DNA of 64,000 bases from Actinomycetota bacterium (GTDB lineage: Bacteria > Actinomycetota > Actinomycetes > Actinomycetales > Microbacteriaceae): positions 18,937 through 82,936 of the forward strand of contig JAZBLS010000001.1 in NCBI GenBank assembly GCA_037033365.1. The letters run 5' to 3'. The notes beneath the pieces were generated by a model. It was not told the origin of the DNA. It did no database searches and saw only the letters and a program-made list of their open reading frames with translations. The position numbers and the translations under genes are program-made. Positions 9,048 through 18,997 of this stretch are shown piece after piece. Within the stretch, counting starts at the first letter, position 1. The number at the start of each line of letters is the position of its first letter.

Positions 9048-10506
9048 GAATGTCGTTGTCGGTCCCGTCACCATCGCAGTGGACCAGGGGACGAGTGCGA
9101 CCAAAGGACTTGCGGTGGACGAGCGAGGTGTCGTCGTCGCGCGAGCGACTGCGACGTTGTCGCAGTCGCATCCGCGGCCGGGGTGGGTCGAGCAGGACCC
9201 GACGGCGATCCTCGACAGTGTGCACACCGTGGTGCGGTCGTTGCTTCACGGCCTCGAGCGACCCGTCGCCGGCGTCGGGTTCAGCACCCAGCGCGAATCG
9301 GCGGTGGCGTGGGACCGTGAGACGGGACGGCCCCTCTCGCCCGTGCTCGGCTGGCAGGACCGAAGAACCGCAGATCGCGCCCTCGCTCTTGCGGTCGACG
9401 CCGAGAGGATCCGGCGCATAAGCGGGCTGCCGCTCGACCCGATGTTCTCGGCGCTGAAACTCTCGCGCATTCTCGATGACGTCGACCCGGATCGTACCCG
9501 CGCGAGATCCGGTCGGATCGCCATGGGGACCGTGGATTCGTGGTTGTTGTGGAGCCTCACTGCCGAGCATCGCATCGAGGTGGGGAACGCGAGCCGCACG
9601 CAATTGCTCGACCTCGCCACGGGCGAGTGGAGCGACGAGTTGCTCGAGATCTTCGACATCCCGAGGGCGTGCCTTCCCGAGCTGGTGACGTCGGATGCTC
9701 CGGCCAACGCGCCGGTGTTCGATCGAATTCCACTCCGCGGCGTGCTTGGTGATTCGCACGCAGCCCTTTACGGCCACGGAGTGCGAACGCCAGGACTGGT
9801 CAAGGTGACCTATGGAACCGGCTCGTCGGTGATGGGTCTGACAGATGCGATCGTCACCGGGCCGGGGCTTGTCGGAACCATTGCGTGGAGCACTGCGGCC
9901 GGCGGCATCGCCCGCGCCTTCGAAGGCAACATCCTGGCGACGGGTGCGACGGTGCAGTGGCTCGCGCAACTTCTTGGATCCACTCCCGATCAACTCGACA
10001 CGCTCGCGAGAACGGTCTCCGACACTGGCGGGACGGACATCGTTCCCGCGTTCGCCGGACTCGGGGCCCCATGGTGGGATGAGCAAGCTGTCGCGATCAT
10101 TGCCGGTCTGCAACTCGGCACATATCCCGCACACCTCGCGCGGGCCGCGTTCGAATCGATCGCGCTACAGATCGAGGACGTGCTGACCGCTGCCGAACAT
10201 GAAGTCGGCACTGCTCTGACAACGGTGCTCGCAGACGGCGGGCCGAGTCGCAATTCCTGGCTCATGCAGCTGCAGGCAGACCTCTCCGGGCGTATCGTCG
10301 CTCGCCACGACGGCGCCGATCTTTCCGCGCTCGGTGCGGGGCGGCTCGCGGCCGTCACCGCGGGACTCATCGACCACGATGCGCTCGCCAGCAGCGCCCA
10401 TACCGATTTCATCCCCGACCCGACGTTCGATTCCGCTGAGCGCCGCCGCCGCTGGGCAGCCGCGATCGAGCGGTCCCGTCGCACCTCAGATCACGCTCGA
10501 CGCTGA
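9040..10506 (+). CDS. FGGY carbohydrate kinase (glycerol kinase/AplK-like)
   Basis: AVDQGTSATK, STQRES, WQDRRT, NASRTQL, GDSHAAL, TYGTG, DGGPSRN. Confidence 0.9.
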   Translation: MSENVVVGPVTIAVDQGTSATKGLAVDERGVVVARATATLSQSHPRPGWVEQDPTAILDSVHTVVRSLLHGLERPVAGVGFSTQRESAVAWDRETGRPLSPVLGWQDRRTADRALALAVDAERIRRISGLPLDPMFSALKLSRILDDVDPDRTRARSGRIAMGTVDSWLLWSLTAEHRIEVGNASRTQLLDLATGEWSDELLEIFDIPRACLPELVTSDAPANAPVFDRIPLRGVLGDSHAALYGHGVRTPGLVKVTYGTGSSVMGLTDAIVTGPGLVGTIAWSTAAGGIARAFEGNILATGATVQWLAQLLGSTPDQLDTLARTVSDTGGTDIVPAFAGLGAPWWDEQAVAIIAGLQLGTYPAHLARAAFESIALQIEDVLTAAEHEVGTALTTVLADGGPSRNSWLMQLQADLSGRIVARHDGADLSALGAGRLAAVTAGLIDHDALASSAHTDFIPDPTFDSAERRRRWAAAIERSRRTSDHARR

Positions 10507-10530
10507 GCCGATCCCACCAAGGAGTTTTCT

Positions 10531-11340
10531 GTGTCAACGACGACCTCATCCCTCGCTCTGTACGACAAGCACTTCACCGACCGCACGGTCGTCGTCACCG
10601 GCGGCGCCAGCGGTATCGGCCTGGGCGTAGCCCGCGCCTTCGCTGCGGCCGGTGCGAGCGTCGCCATCGCAGACCTGAGCGCCGAAGTGCTCGCTGTCGC
10701 CGAGAACGCGCGCGCTGATGGGCTCGACATGACGGGCGTCCGTCTGGATGTCACCGACGAAGCCGCCGTCATCGACTTCTTCGCCGACCTCGCTCAGCGC
10801 TGGGATCACCTCGATGTCCTTGTCAACAACGCCGGCATCATCCGCATCAACGACCTCGGTGACACCTCGCTCGCCGATTTCAATGCCGTTCTCTCGGTCA
10901 ACACGACAGCGGCCTTCCTCGCTTCACGCGAGGCACTGCCTCTGCTTCGACAGCGAGGGGGTTCTATCCTCAACGCCGCTTCGGGGCAGGCGAGGCAGGG
11001 GTTCATCTTCACGCCCGCATACGCGGCCAGCAAATTCGGCATCGTCGGCATGAGCCAGTCGCTCGCGAAGGAACTCGCTCGCGACGGCATCCGAGTCAAT
11101 TGCTATTGCCCGGGCATCGTTCGTACGGAGATGTGGGAGTACAACGACCGGGAGTGGGGCTCCCGGCTTGGCGACTACAAGCCGGGAGAACTCATCCAGG
11201 AGTGGATCAACGGCATCCCGCTCGGTCGTCCTGCGGAGAGCGACGACGTCGCCGCGCTCGTGCTGTTCCTCGCATCGGATGCAGCACGCTACATCACCGG
11301 ACAAGCCGTCAATATCGACGGCGGCATGTTTATGAACTGA
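10531..11340 (+). CDS. SDR oxidoreductase (polyol/acetoin dehydrogenase-like)
   Basis: TGGASGIG, NNAG, YAASK, YCPGIVRTEMW, TGQAVNIDGG. Confidence 0.88.
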   Translation: MSTTTSSLALYDKHFTDRTVVVTGGASGIGLGVARAFAAAGASVAIADLSAEVLAVAENARADGLDMTGVRLDVTDEAAVIDFFADLAQRWDHLDVLVNNAGIIRINDLGDTSLADFNAVLSVNTTAAFLASREALPLLRQRGGSILNAASGQARQGFIFTPAYAASKFGIVGMSQSLAKELARDGIRVNCYCPGIVRTEMWEYNDREWGSRLGDYKPGELIQEWINGIPLGRPAESDDVAALVLFLASDAARYITGQAVNIDGGMFMN

Positions 11341-11368
11341 TCGACCCTCTCGAACCGACGGAGTTTCC

Positions 11369-12388
11369 ATGAGTACCCAACCTTCCACCCAGCCCACCGA
11401 AACGGCTCTGATCCGAGGCGCCGGTTCATCAGCGGCAGCGGCCCGCACCCCGCTCTCCCGCCTGCTCTCCGGATCCGGCGGCGCGTTGCTCGGCTTCATC
11501 CTTCTCTTCGCGATCTTCTCGCTCACAACACCCCGTTTTTTCTCGGTCAACAATCTGGTCAACGTCGTCGACCAGGTGACTGTGATCGGAGTGCTCGCGA
11601 TCGGCGCGACGGCCGTCATCATCACCGGAGGTATCGATCTGTCGGTCGGCTCGGTGCTCGCGCTGAGCACGATGGTGCTCGGCTGGCTCTCCCATGACGG
11701 AGGCGTTCCGATGTGGGTCGCGATGCTCGCGGCAGTCGCCGTCGGTGCACTCGCCGGACTCCTCAACGGCCTGGGGGTGTCAATCGCCGGTCTGCCCCCT
11801 TTCATCGCCACGCTGGCGATGATGTCGATCTGCCGCGGTTTGGCGAACCTCGTCACCGACGGCCAGCAGATCGTGGGATATCCCGAGTGGTTCTATTCCC
11901 TCGCCTCGACCCGCTACCTCGGATTCTTCTCCGTCACGGCGATCGTGTTCATCCTCCTGGCCGTTGTGGCGACCGTCGTCCTCAAGTACCGGCCAGCAGG
12001 CCGAAAGGTCTACGCGATCGGCGGAAGTGCCGAGGTCGCTCGTCTCGCGGGGATCAAGGTCCGGAGCGTCACGACGTGGGTCTACGTCGCAGCCGGAGCG
12101 CTCGCCGGAGTCGGAGCAATCATCCTCGCATCGCGTCTCGACTCCTCGCAGCCGAGCGCAGGAACAGGGTATGAGCTCGACGTCATCGCCGCAGTCGTCA
12201 TCGGCGGCGCCAGCCTCAGCGGCGGTTCGGGACGCATAGCAGGCACCGTCATCGGCGTTCTGATCATCGGGGTGCTGCGCAACGGGCTCAACCTCCTCGG
12301 TGTATCGCCGTTCCTTCAGCAGATCGTCATCGGACTCGTCATCGCCGGTGCCGTCATCGTCGACGTACTGCGTCGTCGTTCGCACTGA
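11369..12388 (+). CDS. Sugar ABC transporter permease (RbsC family)
   Basis: GGIDLSVG, GRKVYAIGGSAEVARLAGI, GYELDVIAAVVIGGASL. Confidence 0.92.
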   Translation: MSTQPSTQPTETALIRGAGSSAAAARTPLSRLLSGSGGALLGFILLFAIFSLTTPRFFSVNNLVNVVDQVTVIGVLAIGATAVIITGGIDLSVGSVLALSTMVLGWLSHDGGVPMWVAMLAAVAVGALAGLLNGLGVSIAGLPPFIATLAMMSICRGLANLVTDGQQIVGYPEWFYSLASTRYLGFFSVTAIVFILLAVVATVVLKYRPAGRKVYAIGGSAEVARLAGIKVRSVTTWVYVAAGALAGVGAIILASRLDSSQPSAGTGYELDVIAAVVIGGASLSGGSGRIAGTVIGVLIIGVLRNGLNLLGVSPFLQQIVIGLVIAGAVIVDVLRRRSH

Positions 12389-12435
12389 AACCCTTCCGTC
12401 CAGAGTCGGACGGATCCATCAGAAAGGGAAATCAT

Positions 12436-13401
12436 ATGTTCAAACTCCGCAAGGTGGCCGCGTTCTCCGCGATGGTCGCCGCCGCATCCATCGCCCTGTC
12501 GGGATGCGCCATCACGCAGGCCGCCAACGACGATGGCGGTGACGACGAGATCGTCATCGGTCTCGCCGTCGCAAACCAGCAGGCCGACTTCTTCAATCAG
12601 ATCCGACAGTCGGTTGAGGCCCGGGCTGAAGAGCTCGGCGATGTCAAGGTCATTGTTGCCGACGCCAAAGGCGACGCCGATACTCAGGTGAGTCAGATCC
12701 AGGACTTCCTCACGCAGGAAGTTGATGCGATCATCTACATCCCCGCCGGAGCGACGGCGGCCACCGTCCCTGGGCGCCGGGCGAAGGACGCCGGGATCCC
12801 GGTCGTCACCGTCGATCGTAACCCTGACGGAGAGCCCGGTGACACGTTCATCGCGACCGATTCTGTGGCTGCGGCCCGTGAGCTCGCGCAATGGGTGGGG
12901 GAGCAGACCGGCGGTACGGGGGCCGTGGGCGTCATCCAGGGCCAGATCGGCACGACCCCTGAGCTCGATCGGGATGAGGGCTTCAAGGAGGGGCTCGCCG
13001 ACTATCCCGACCTCGTCGAGGTGGCCCGTCAAGCGTCCGACCAGTGGGCGCAGGACGAGGGCTTCGACATCGCCACGGACATGCTCCAGGCGCACCCGGA
13101 AATCACGGTGTTCTTCGGTCGTGCGGATGCCCTGGCACTTGGTGCGGCAAGCGCTGCCCGAACCGCGGGACGTGATGACATTCTCATCGTGGGGTTTGAC
13201 GGTGATGTCGCCGGTCTCGAAGCCGTGCGGGACGGTGAACTGGATGCGACCGTCACGCAGCCCACGCAGGCGATGGGCGCCCTCGCGCTCGATTCGGCCA
13301 TCAAGCTGGCCAACGGTGAAGAGGTGCCGGCCGAGCAGCTCCAGGCCGGAGTGCTGACCACCGCGGACAACGTCGAACCGTTCATCGAGAAGCACCCGTG
13401 A
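12436..13401 (+). CDS. Sugar/polyol ABC transporter substrate-binding lipoprotein (RbsB family)
   Basis: Lipobox LSGC; AGIPVVTVDR, GFDG; periplasmic binding fold motifs. Confidence 0.9.
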   Translation: MFKLRKVAAFSAMVAAASIALSGCAITQAANDDGGDDEIVIGLAVANQQADFFNQIRQSVEARAEELGDVKVIVADAKGDADTQVSQIQDFLTQEVDAIIYIPAGATAATVPGRRAKDAGIPVVTVDRNPDGEPGDTFIATDSVAAARELAQWVGEQTGGTGAVGVIQGQIGTTPELDRDEGFKEGLADYPDLVEVARQASDQWAQDEGFDIATDMLQAHPEITVFFGRADALALGAASAARTAGRDDILIVGFDGDVAGLEAVRDGELDATVTQPTQAMGALALDSAIKLANGEEVPAEQLQAGVLTTADNVEPFIEKHP

Positions 13402-13405
13402 TCCG

Positions 13406-13436
13406 TCGGGGTCCGCGGTTCAGCCGCGGGCCCCGA
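13406..13436 (+). terminator. Intercistronic hairpin after SBP gene
   Basis: TCGGGGTCCGCGG / CCGCGGGCCCCGA stem (one G-U pair). Confidence 0.6.
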
Positions 13437-13476
13437 TGCCCCCACCCATCGAAGTCTTCTGTCCGAGGAGGTACAG

Positions 13477-14976
13477 ATGAATACCGAGAACACGCCCGGG
13501 CTGGTGGTGCGCGGCGCGCGCAAGGTCTACCCCGGCACAATCGCGCTGGACGGCGTCGACTTGGAGGTGCGACCGGGTGAGCTCGTCGCTCTGCTCGGTG
13601 AGAACGGCGCAGGCAAATCGACCCTCTCCACCATCATCTCCGGCGCCACGAGGGCGACCGAGGTCGAGATGACCTGGAACGGCGTTCCTTACGCTCCGGC
13701 TGACCCGCGGGAGGCGATCGCGATGGGGATCGGGCTCATCCACCAGGAGATGCGACTGCTGCCGGACCTCTCGGTGGCTGAGAATGTTGCGATCGGCCGC
13801 TGGCCGATGGCTCGCGGCGTGCTCGATTCGCGAACGATGCGCCGCCAGGCGATGAAGCAGCTGGACCGGCTGGGCTTCACCGGCCGTCCCGACCAGCTCG
13901 TCTCGGAGCTCAGCGTCGCCGGACAGCAGCAGGTCGAGATCGCGAAAGCGTTGATGCTCGATGCGAACCTACTCATCCTCGACGAGCCCACCGCAGCGCT
14001 CGGCGCGGCCGAGACCGATGCCCTCTTCGAAACTGTGCAGCAACTGAAGAAGGAGGGCATGAGCTTTATCTACGTCAGCCACCGCCTCAGCGAGATTCGC
14101 CGGATCGCTGATCGGATCGTCGTCCTGCGGGATGGCGCGAAGGTGGCGGAGCACGCCCGCGGAGATGTTGATCCGGAGCAACTCGTCAGAGAGATGGTGG
14201 GCAGATCCGTTGAGAGACTGTTCCCCGAGATCCCGGTGCCTGATGCCACAGCAGCGCCGGTGCTACAAGTCGAGGGCTTCACAAGTCGTCGTGGTGAGTT
14301 CACAGACGTCACATTCGACGTCAAGCCGGGAGAGATCTTCGGCATTGCCGGCATCGTCGGCGCAGGACGTACAGAGATCGTGCGCGCGGTGGCATCCGCC
14401 GATCCGCACGTCGACGGCTCGGTGCGAGTGGCTGGGAAGTCTGTACGGCGTCGGCATCCGTCTGATGCGATCGACGCCGGTATCGTGCTCATACCTGAGG
14501 ATCGCAAGCACCAGGGTTTGGTGCTCGAGCACTCGATCGCCGACAACGTTGCGTTGCCGAATCTTGCGATACTCGGGCGCGGCGGATGGATCGGCGCCAA
14601 AGCGGTGCAGGAGCTTGCAGCCACGGTGGGGCACAAACTCGGGGTGAAGGGGCGAGCGCAGGATCCCGCTTCCTCGATGTCGGGAGGCAACCAGCAAAAG
14701 GTGGTGATCGGAAAATGGCTGCAACGGGATCCGAAGGTCATCATCCTGGACGAGCCGACTCGCGGAATCGATGTGGGTGCCAGAGCCGCGATCTACGAAG
14801 TGATCGCCGACCTCGCGCGATCCGGCGCCGGCGTGGTCGTGGTCAGCTCGGACCTCGATGAGGTGCTCGGCCTCGCGCACCGAGTGATGGTCGTCGCGGA
14901 GGGCCACATTCGCGGCATCCTGCCGCGAGATGAAGCGACCCCCGAGCGGGTCATGGGTCTCGCCGCGGCACAGTGA
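13477..14976 (+). CDS. Sugar ABC transporter ATP-binding protein (two ABC domains)
   Basis: GENGAGKST, LDEPT twice, SGGNQQK. Confidence 0.93.
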   Translation: MNTENTPGLVVRGARKVYPGTIALDGVDLEVRPGELVALLGENGAGKSTLSTIISGATRATEVEMTWNGVPYAPADPREAIAMGIGLIHQEMRLLPDLSVAENVAIGRWPMARGVLDSRTMRRQAMKQLDRLGFTGRPDQLVSELSVAGQQQVEIAKALMLDANLLILDEPTAALGAAETDALFETVQQLKKEGMSFIYVSHRLSEIRRIADRIVVLRDGAKVAEHARGDVDPEQLVREMVGRSVERLFPEIPVPDATAAPVLQVEGFTSRRGEFTDVTFDVKPGEIFGIAGIVGAGRTEIVRAVASADPHVDGSVRVAGKSVRRRHPSDAIDAGIVLIPEDRKHQGLVLEHSIADNVALPNLAILGRGGWIGAKAVQELAATVGHKLGVKGRAQDPASSMSGGNQQKVVIGKWLQRDPKVIILDEPTRGIDVGARAAIYEVIADLARSGAGVVVVSSDLDEVLGLAHRVMVVAEGHIRGILPRDEATPERVMGLAAAQ

Positions 14977-15006
14977 CTGCGGCCTGAAAACAGAAGGAGA
15001 CAGCAT

Positions 15007-15774
15007 ATGAGTGTGGATTTCGCGCTGCGCGACCGAGTGGCGTTCGTCACCGGGGGAGCGAGCGGCATCGGCCGTGCGATCGCCGTGGGCATCGCGACTC
15101 AGGGCGGCGCAGTCGGACTCTTCGATCGACCAGGAGCCGCATTCGACGAATCGATCGCGGAGGTCGAGGCCGTCGGCGGGCGGGCACTGGTGCTTGAGGG
15201 CGATGTGACGGACAAGGCTTCGTTGGATGCCGCTGTCGATGCGCTCGAAGAAGCCTTCGGCGGGCTGACCCTTGCCGTCAACGCGGCGGGGATCGCGAAC
15301 GCAGCGCCGGCGGAGGAGATGAGCCTCGAGCAGTGGTCGACCCTCTACGATGTCGACGTGACCGGCGTGTTCCTCAGTTGTCAGGCTGAGGCGCAGGTCA
15401 TGCTCGCCGCGGGCCGGACAGGATCAATCGTCAACATCGCGTCGATGTCGGGGTCGATCGTGAATCGTGGTCTGCTGCAGGCTCACTACAATTCCGCCAA
15501 GGCCGCGGTCGTGCATCTGTCGAAATCGCTCGCCGTAGAGTGGGCCGAACGCGGAATCCGCGTCAACGCGCTCAGCCCCGGCTACACTGCGACTCCGATG
15601 AACACTCGTCCCGAGATGATCGACCGCATGCGGATGTTCGCCGAGCAGGTGCCGATGCAGCGCGTCGCCGAACCGCAGGAGATCGCGGGGCCGGCCGTAT
15701 TCCTGCTGTCGGACGCGGCCAGTTACGTCACCGGCATCGATCTGCTCGCAGACGGTGGGCATTGCGCCTGGTAG
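15007..15774 (+). CDS. SDR oxidoreductase (polyol dehydrogenase-like)
   Basis: TGGASGIG, NIASMSG..NRGLLQAHYNSAK, SPGYTATPM. Confidence 0.88.
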   Translation: MSVDFALRDRVAFVTGGASGIGRAIAVGIATQGGAVGLFDRPGAAFDESIAEVEAVGGRALVLEGDVTDKASLDAAVDALEEAFGGLTLAVNAAGIANAAPAEEMSLEQWSTLYDVDVTGVFLSCQAEAQVMLAAGRTGSIVNIASMSGSIVNRGLLQAHYNSAKAAVVHLSKSLAVEWAERGIRVNALSPGYTATPMNTRPEMIDRMRMFAEQVPMQRVAEPQEIAGPAVFLLSDAASYVTGIDLLADGGHCAW

Positions 15775-15815
15775 TCGATTCGGGGCGCCGACCGAGCGGC
15801 ATTACCCTGGGGACT

Positions 15816-16826
15816 ATGGCAGATCAGCCGCGAAAGGCGGGCAGCAGGCAGAGCGTGGAGCGCCTGCGCCTGCTGGCCAAGGTGGCGCGCATGTACTACG
15901 AGCAGGGAATAAGGCAGCCCCAGATCGCGGCGACTCTAGGTATGTCGCAGTCGCGGGTCTCTCGCTCTCTGAAGGAAGCGACAGCGCTGGGCATCGTCCG
16001 CACGATCGTGCTCCCCCCTCCTGGAGTGTACGGAGACGTCGAGGATCGGGTACGAGATCGCTTCGGTTTGCGCGACGTGGTCGTGGCGGATACCCCGGAC
16101 GACTCGGAAGCGTCGATTCTGCGCGCGCTAGGAGCAGCAGGAGCAGCGTATCTCGAGAGCACTCTGACAGGAGATGACCGCGTGGGAATCAGTTCCTGGT
16201 CGTCGACGCTTCTCGCCACCGCTGATGCGATGACTCCGAGCACGGCGCGCACCGCCGTCGAGGTCGTGCAGATCATCGGCGGCGTCGGAGACCCCAGCGT
16301 GCAGGTGAATGCGACCCGTCTCGCCGAACAGTTCGCGCGGGTCACAGGAGCGGCACCGCGGTTCCTTGCCGCGCCGGGAGTCGTGAGCAGCACGGCGCTG
16401 CGGGATGCTCTTCTGGAGGATGCGTTCATCGCTGAGCTTGCGCGATCGTGGTCGCGACTGTCCGTCGCGCTCGTCGGCATAGGGAGTGTGGAGCCCTCTC
16501 CGCTGCTCAGACAGTCGACGAATGCTCTCGGGGTGGACGATCTCGGGGAGCTTCGTGAACTCGGTGGAGTCGGTGACGTCTGCCTGCGGTTCTACGACAA
16601 GCGCGGCCGCTCGCTGCATTCGCACCTCGAAGATCGCATCGTCGGCATCTCTGAGGAACAACTGCGTGCCGTGCCGAGAGTGATCGGAATCGCCGGCGGT
16701 GCACGCAAGTTCTCCGCGATCCGTGGAGCCGTGCTCGGCGGATGGATCAACACCCTCATCACAGATCTCGACACGGCCAAGGCGCTTCTCGCCGACGGCG
16801 CAACCACACTCAAGGAGCAGTCATGA
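15816..16826 (+). CDS. SorC/DeoR family sugar-binding transcriptional regulator
   Basis: VARMYYEQGIRQPQIAATLGMSQSRVSRSL HTH, VGDVCLRFYD, AGGARKFSAIRGAVLGGWINTLITD. Confidence 0.9.
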   Translation: MADQPRKAGSRQSVERLRLLAKVARMYYEQGIRQPQIAATLGMSQSRVSRSLKEATALGIVRTIVLPPPGVYGDVEDRVRDRFGLRDVVVADTPDDSEASILRALGAAGAAYLESTLTGDDRVGISSWSSTLLATADAMTPSTARTAVEVVQIIGGVGDPSVQVNATRLAEQFARVTGAAPRFLAAPGVVSSTALRDALLEDAFIAELARSWSRLSVALVGIGSVEPSPLLRQSTNALGVDDLGELRELGGVGDVCLRFYDKRGRSLHSHLEDRIVGISEEQLRAVPRVIGIAGGARKFSAIRGAVLGGWINTLITDLDTAKALLADGATTLKEQS

Positions 16827-17266
16827 CTTCGACCCTCTCGATCGCATTCCTCAAAGCGGGCTGGCACGCCGACATCGTCGACCAGGCCCTTGCGGGCTTC
16901 ACCGCCGAAATGCAGGATTCTGGCCTACCGCACGAGATCACGGTGCTGGACGTACCGGGTGCCTTCGAACTCCCATTGCAGGCGAAGCGGGCAGCGTCGA
17001 CGGGACAGTATGGAGCTGTCGTCGCAGCTGCCCTGGTCGTTGACGGCGGTATCTACCGACATGACTTTGTCGCTCAGGCGGTGGTTGACGGTTTGATGCG
17101 CGTGCAACTCGACACGGACGTTCCCGTTTTCTCGGTAAGTCTCACGCCTCATAACTTCCAGGAGACTGCCGAGCACATCGGCTTCTTCTCGGAGCATTTC
17201 GTCAAGAAGGGGCGGGAAGCGGCCCGTGCCGTCCGAAGGATCGCCGCGCTGGACTCGGCGGTCTGA
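16823..17266 (+). CDS. ribH: 6,7-dimethyl-8-ribityllumazine synthase, type II (RibH2-like)
   Basis: WHADIVD, DVPGAFELPL, VDGGIYRHDFVA, TPHNFQET..H..FF..HF.KKG; ATGA overlap with regulator stop. Confidence 0.88.
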   Translation: MTSTLSIAFLKAGWHADIVDQALAGFTAEMQDSGLPHEITVLDVPGAFELPLQAKRAASTGQYGAVVAAALVVDGGIYRHDFVAQAVVDGLMRVQLDTDVPVFSVSLTPHNFQETAEHIGFFSEHFVKKGREAARAVRRIAALDSAV

Positions 17267-17311
17267 TCTGCACCGAGCCGGGGGACGACCACGACGGCCG
17301 TCCCCCGCACA

Positions 17312-18127
17312 TCAGTCGGAGAGCGATTCGATTCGCGCCCTGGCGCTCTCGAGAGAATCGATGATCCGCTGAGCGTGGTCGATCGCGAAACCCCAGGTGG
17401 TCCGGTGCGTGACGATGATGTACTCCCCGCGCAGGAGCCCGTCGATCCCCGCGCGGGCGACGTCGGCCGGATCCTGCGCGAGCGGCAGAATCGCTGCGGC
17501 GGCCTCAATAGAAGCCTCTGTCATCTCAATAATGCGTTCGGTAAGGATCCATCCGGGAGCGAAGAGCGACACCTGCACACCACTACCGGCGAAATCCCGG
17601 CGAGCGGTGTCGGTGAACGCCAACGTCGCGTATTTGCTCACCGTGTAGGCGCTGACGGCCATCACGTGTGGTGGGACTCCCAGGGAGTGCTCCGAGCCGA
17701 CATTGAGGATCGCGGCCTCCCCGCCGGACGCGGCTGTGGCTCGGAGCGCGGGCGCGAACGCGTGGATGCCGTTGAACACACCGGCTATGTTGACGTCGAA
17801 GACACGGTGGGCACTCGCCGGGTCGATCATGTCCAGGCCCCCGAGTCCGCCCTCGGCAGCCGCGTTGTTGATCACGAGGTTCACGCCACCATGAGTCCTC
17901 TCCACATGCCTCGCGAGTGCGGCGACCTCGGCGTACTCCGCGACATCGGTCCGCACCCACTCCGCCGTACCGCCGGCAGCACCGATCTCTCTGACCGTGG
18001 AGGACGCGTCGCTCTGAGAAGCGATCACGACCGTCGCTCCACGACGCGCGGCTTCCAGCGCTAACGCACGCCCGAGACCGACTCGACCACCCGTGACGAC
18101 CGCGACCGAACCGTTCAGATCAGTCAT
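17312..18127 (-). CDS. SDR oxidoreductase
   Basis: TGGRVGLG, NNAA, YTVSK. Confidence 0.85.
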   Translation of the reverse strand: MTDLNGSVAVVTGGRVGLGRALALEAARRGATVVIASQSDASSTVREIGAAGGTAEWVRTDVAEYAEVAALARHVERTHGGVNLVINNAAAEGGLGGLDMIDPASAHRVFDVNIAGVFNGIHAFAPALRATAASGGEAAILNVGSEHSLGVPPHVMAVSAYTVSKYATLAFTDTARRDFAGSGVQVSLFAPGWILTERIIEMTEASIEAAAAILPLAQDPADVARAGIDGLLRGEYIIVTHRTTWGFAIDHAQRIIDSLESARARIESLSD

Positions 18128-18140
18128 GAGCTCAGCGCCT

Positions 18141-18974
18141 TCACAAACCGAACGCGGTTCGAATGACGCGGTCGAACCCACGATCGGGGAGCAGCCATCG
18201 GAGTGCGAGCATCGGAGCGGCTCCGAAGCCGACGCGGTAGCGGGTGCGAGGTCGTCGCGTTCGAGCGATCTTTACGACCGTCTTGCCAATGAGCTCGGGA
18301 GCTGAAGTGTTGCGCGCGTTTGGCGCGGAACTCGCGGCGAGCGTACTCGCGACCTTGGCGGCCATCGTCGCGTACGCGCCGGCTGCCGAGGTCTGGGTGA
18401 GCGTCTCGGCGGCGATCGCTCCCCATTCGGTGCGGATGGAACCCGGTTCGATGACCACCGTGTGCACGCCGAATCGACTGGCCTCGATGCGCAGAGCGTC
18501 GCTGAGCGCCTCGACGGCGTACTTGCTGGCGTGATACCAACCGCCCAGCGGCGTGACGAGCTTGCCGCCCATGGAGCTGATGTTGATGATCGTGCCGGAC
18601 TTCTGCCGACGCATGTGCGGCAGCACCAGTTGAGTCAGACGCGCGAGCCCGAAGACATTCACGTCGAGCTGCTGGCGAGCCTCGCTCAGTGGCACGTCTT
18701 CGATCGATCCGTAGGAGCCGTAGCCGGCATTGTTCACTAGCAGGTCAATCCTCCCGGTGTCGCGGATGATCGTCTCCACGGCAGTGGTGAGTGATGCCTC
18801 GTCGGTGACGTCGAGCGCGATAGTTCTCACCCCATCACGCTCAAGGTCCTTCATCCGGTTCACGCGGCGCGCAGCGCCGTATACGATGAATCCCTCATTC
18901 TTCAAGCGAATCGCTGTGTCTGCCCCGATTCCGGAGGAGGCTCCGGTGACTAAGGCGACTCTCGTGGTGGCCAT
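18141..18974 (-). CDS. SDR oxidoreductase
   Basis: TGASSGIG, NNAGYGSYG, YHASK, EPGSIRTEW. Confidence 0.9.
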   Translation of the reverse strand: MATTRVALVTGASSGIGADTAIRLKNEGFIVYGAARRVNRMKDLERDGVRTIALDVTDEASLTTAVETIIRDTGRIDLLVNNAGYGSYGSIEDVPLSEARQQLDVNVFGLARLTQLVLPHMRRQKSGTIINISSMGGKLVTPLGGWYHASKYAVEALSDALRIEASRFGVHTVVIEPGSIRTEWGAIAAETLTQTSAAGAYATMAAKVASTLAASSAPNARNTSAPELIGKTVVKIARTRRPRTRYRVGFGAAPMLALRWLLPDRGFDRVIRTAFGL

Positions 18975-18997
18975 GATGATCCTCTTCTTCAACTCGC

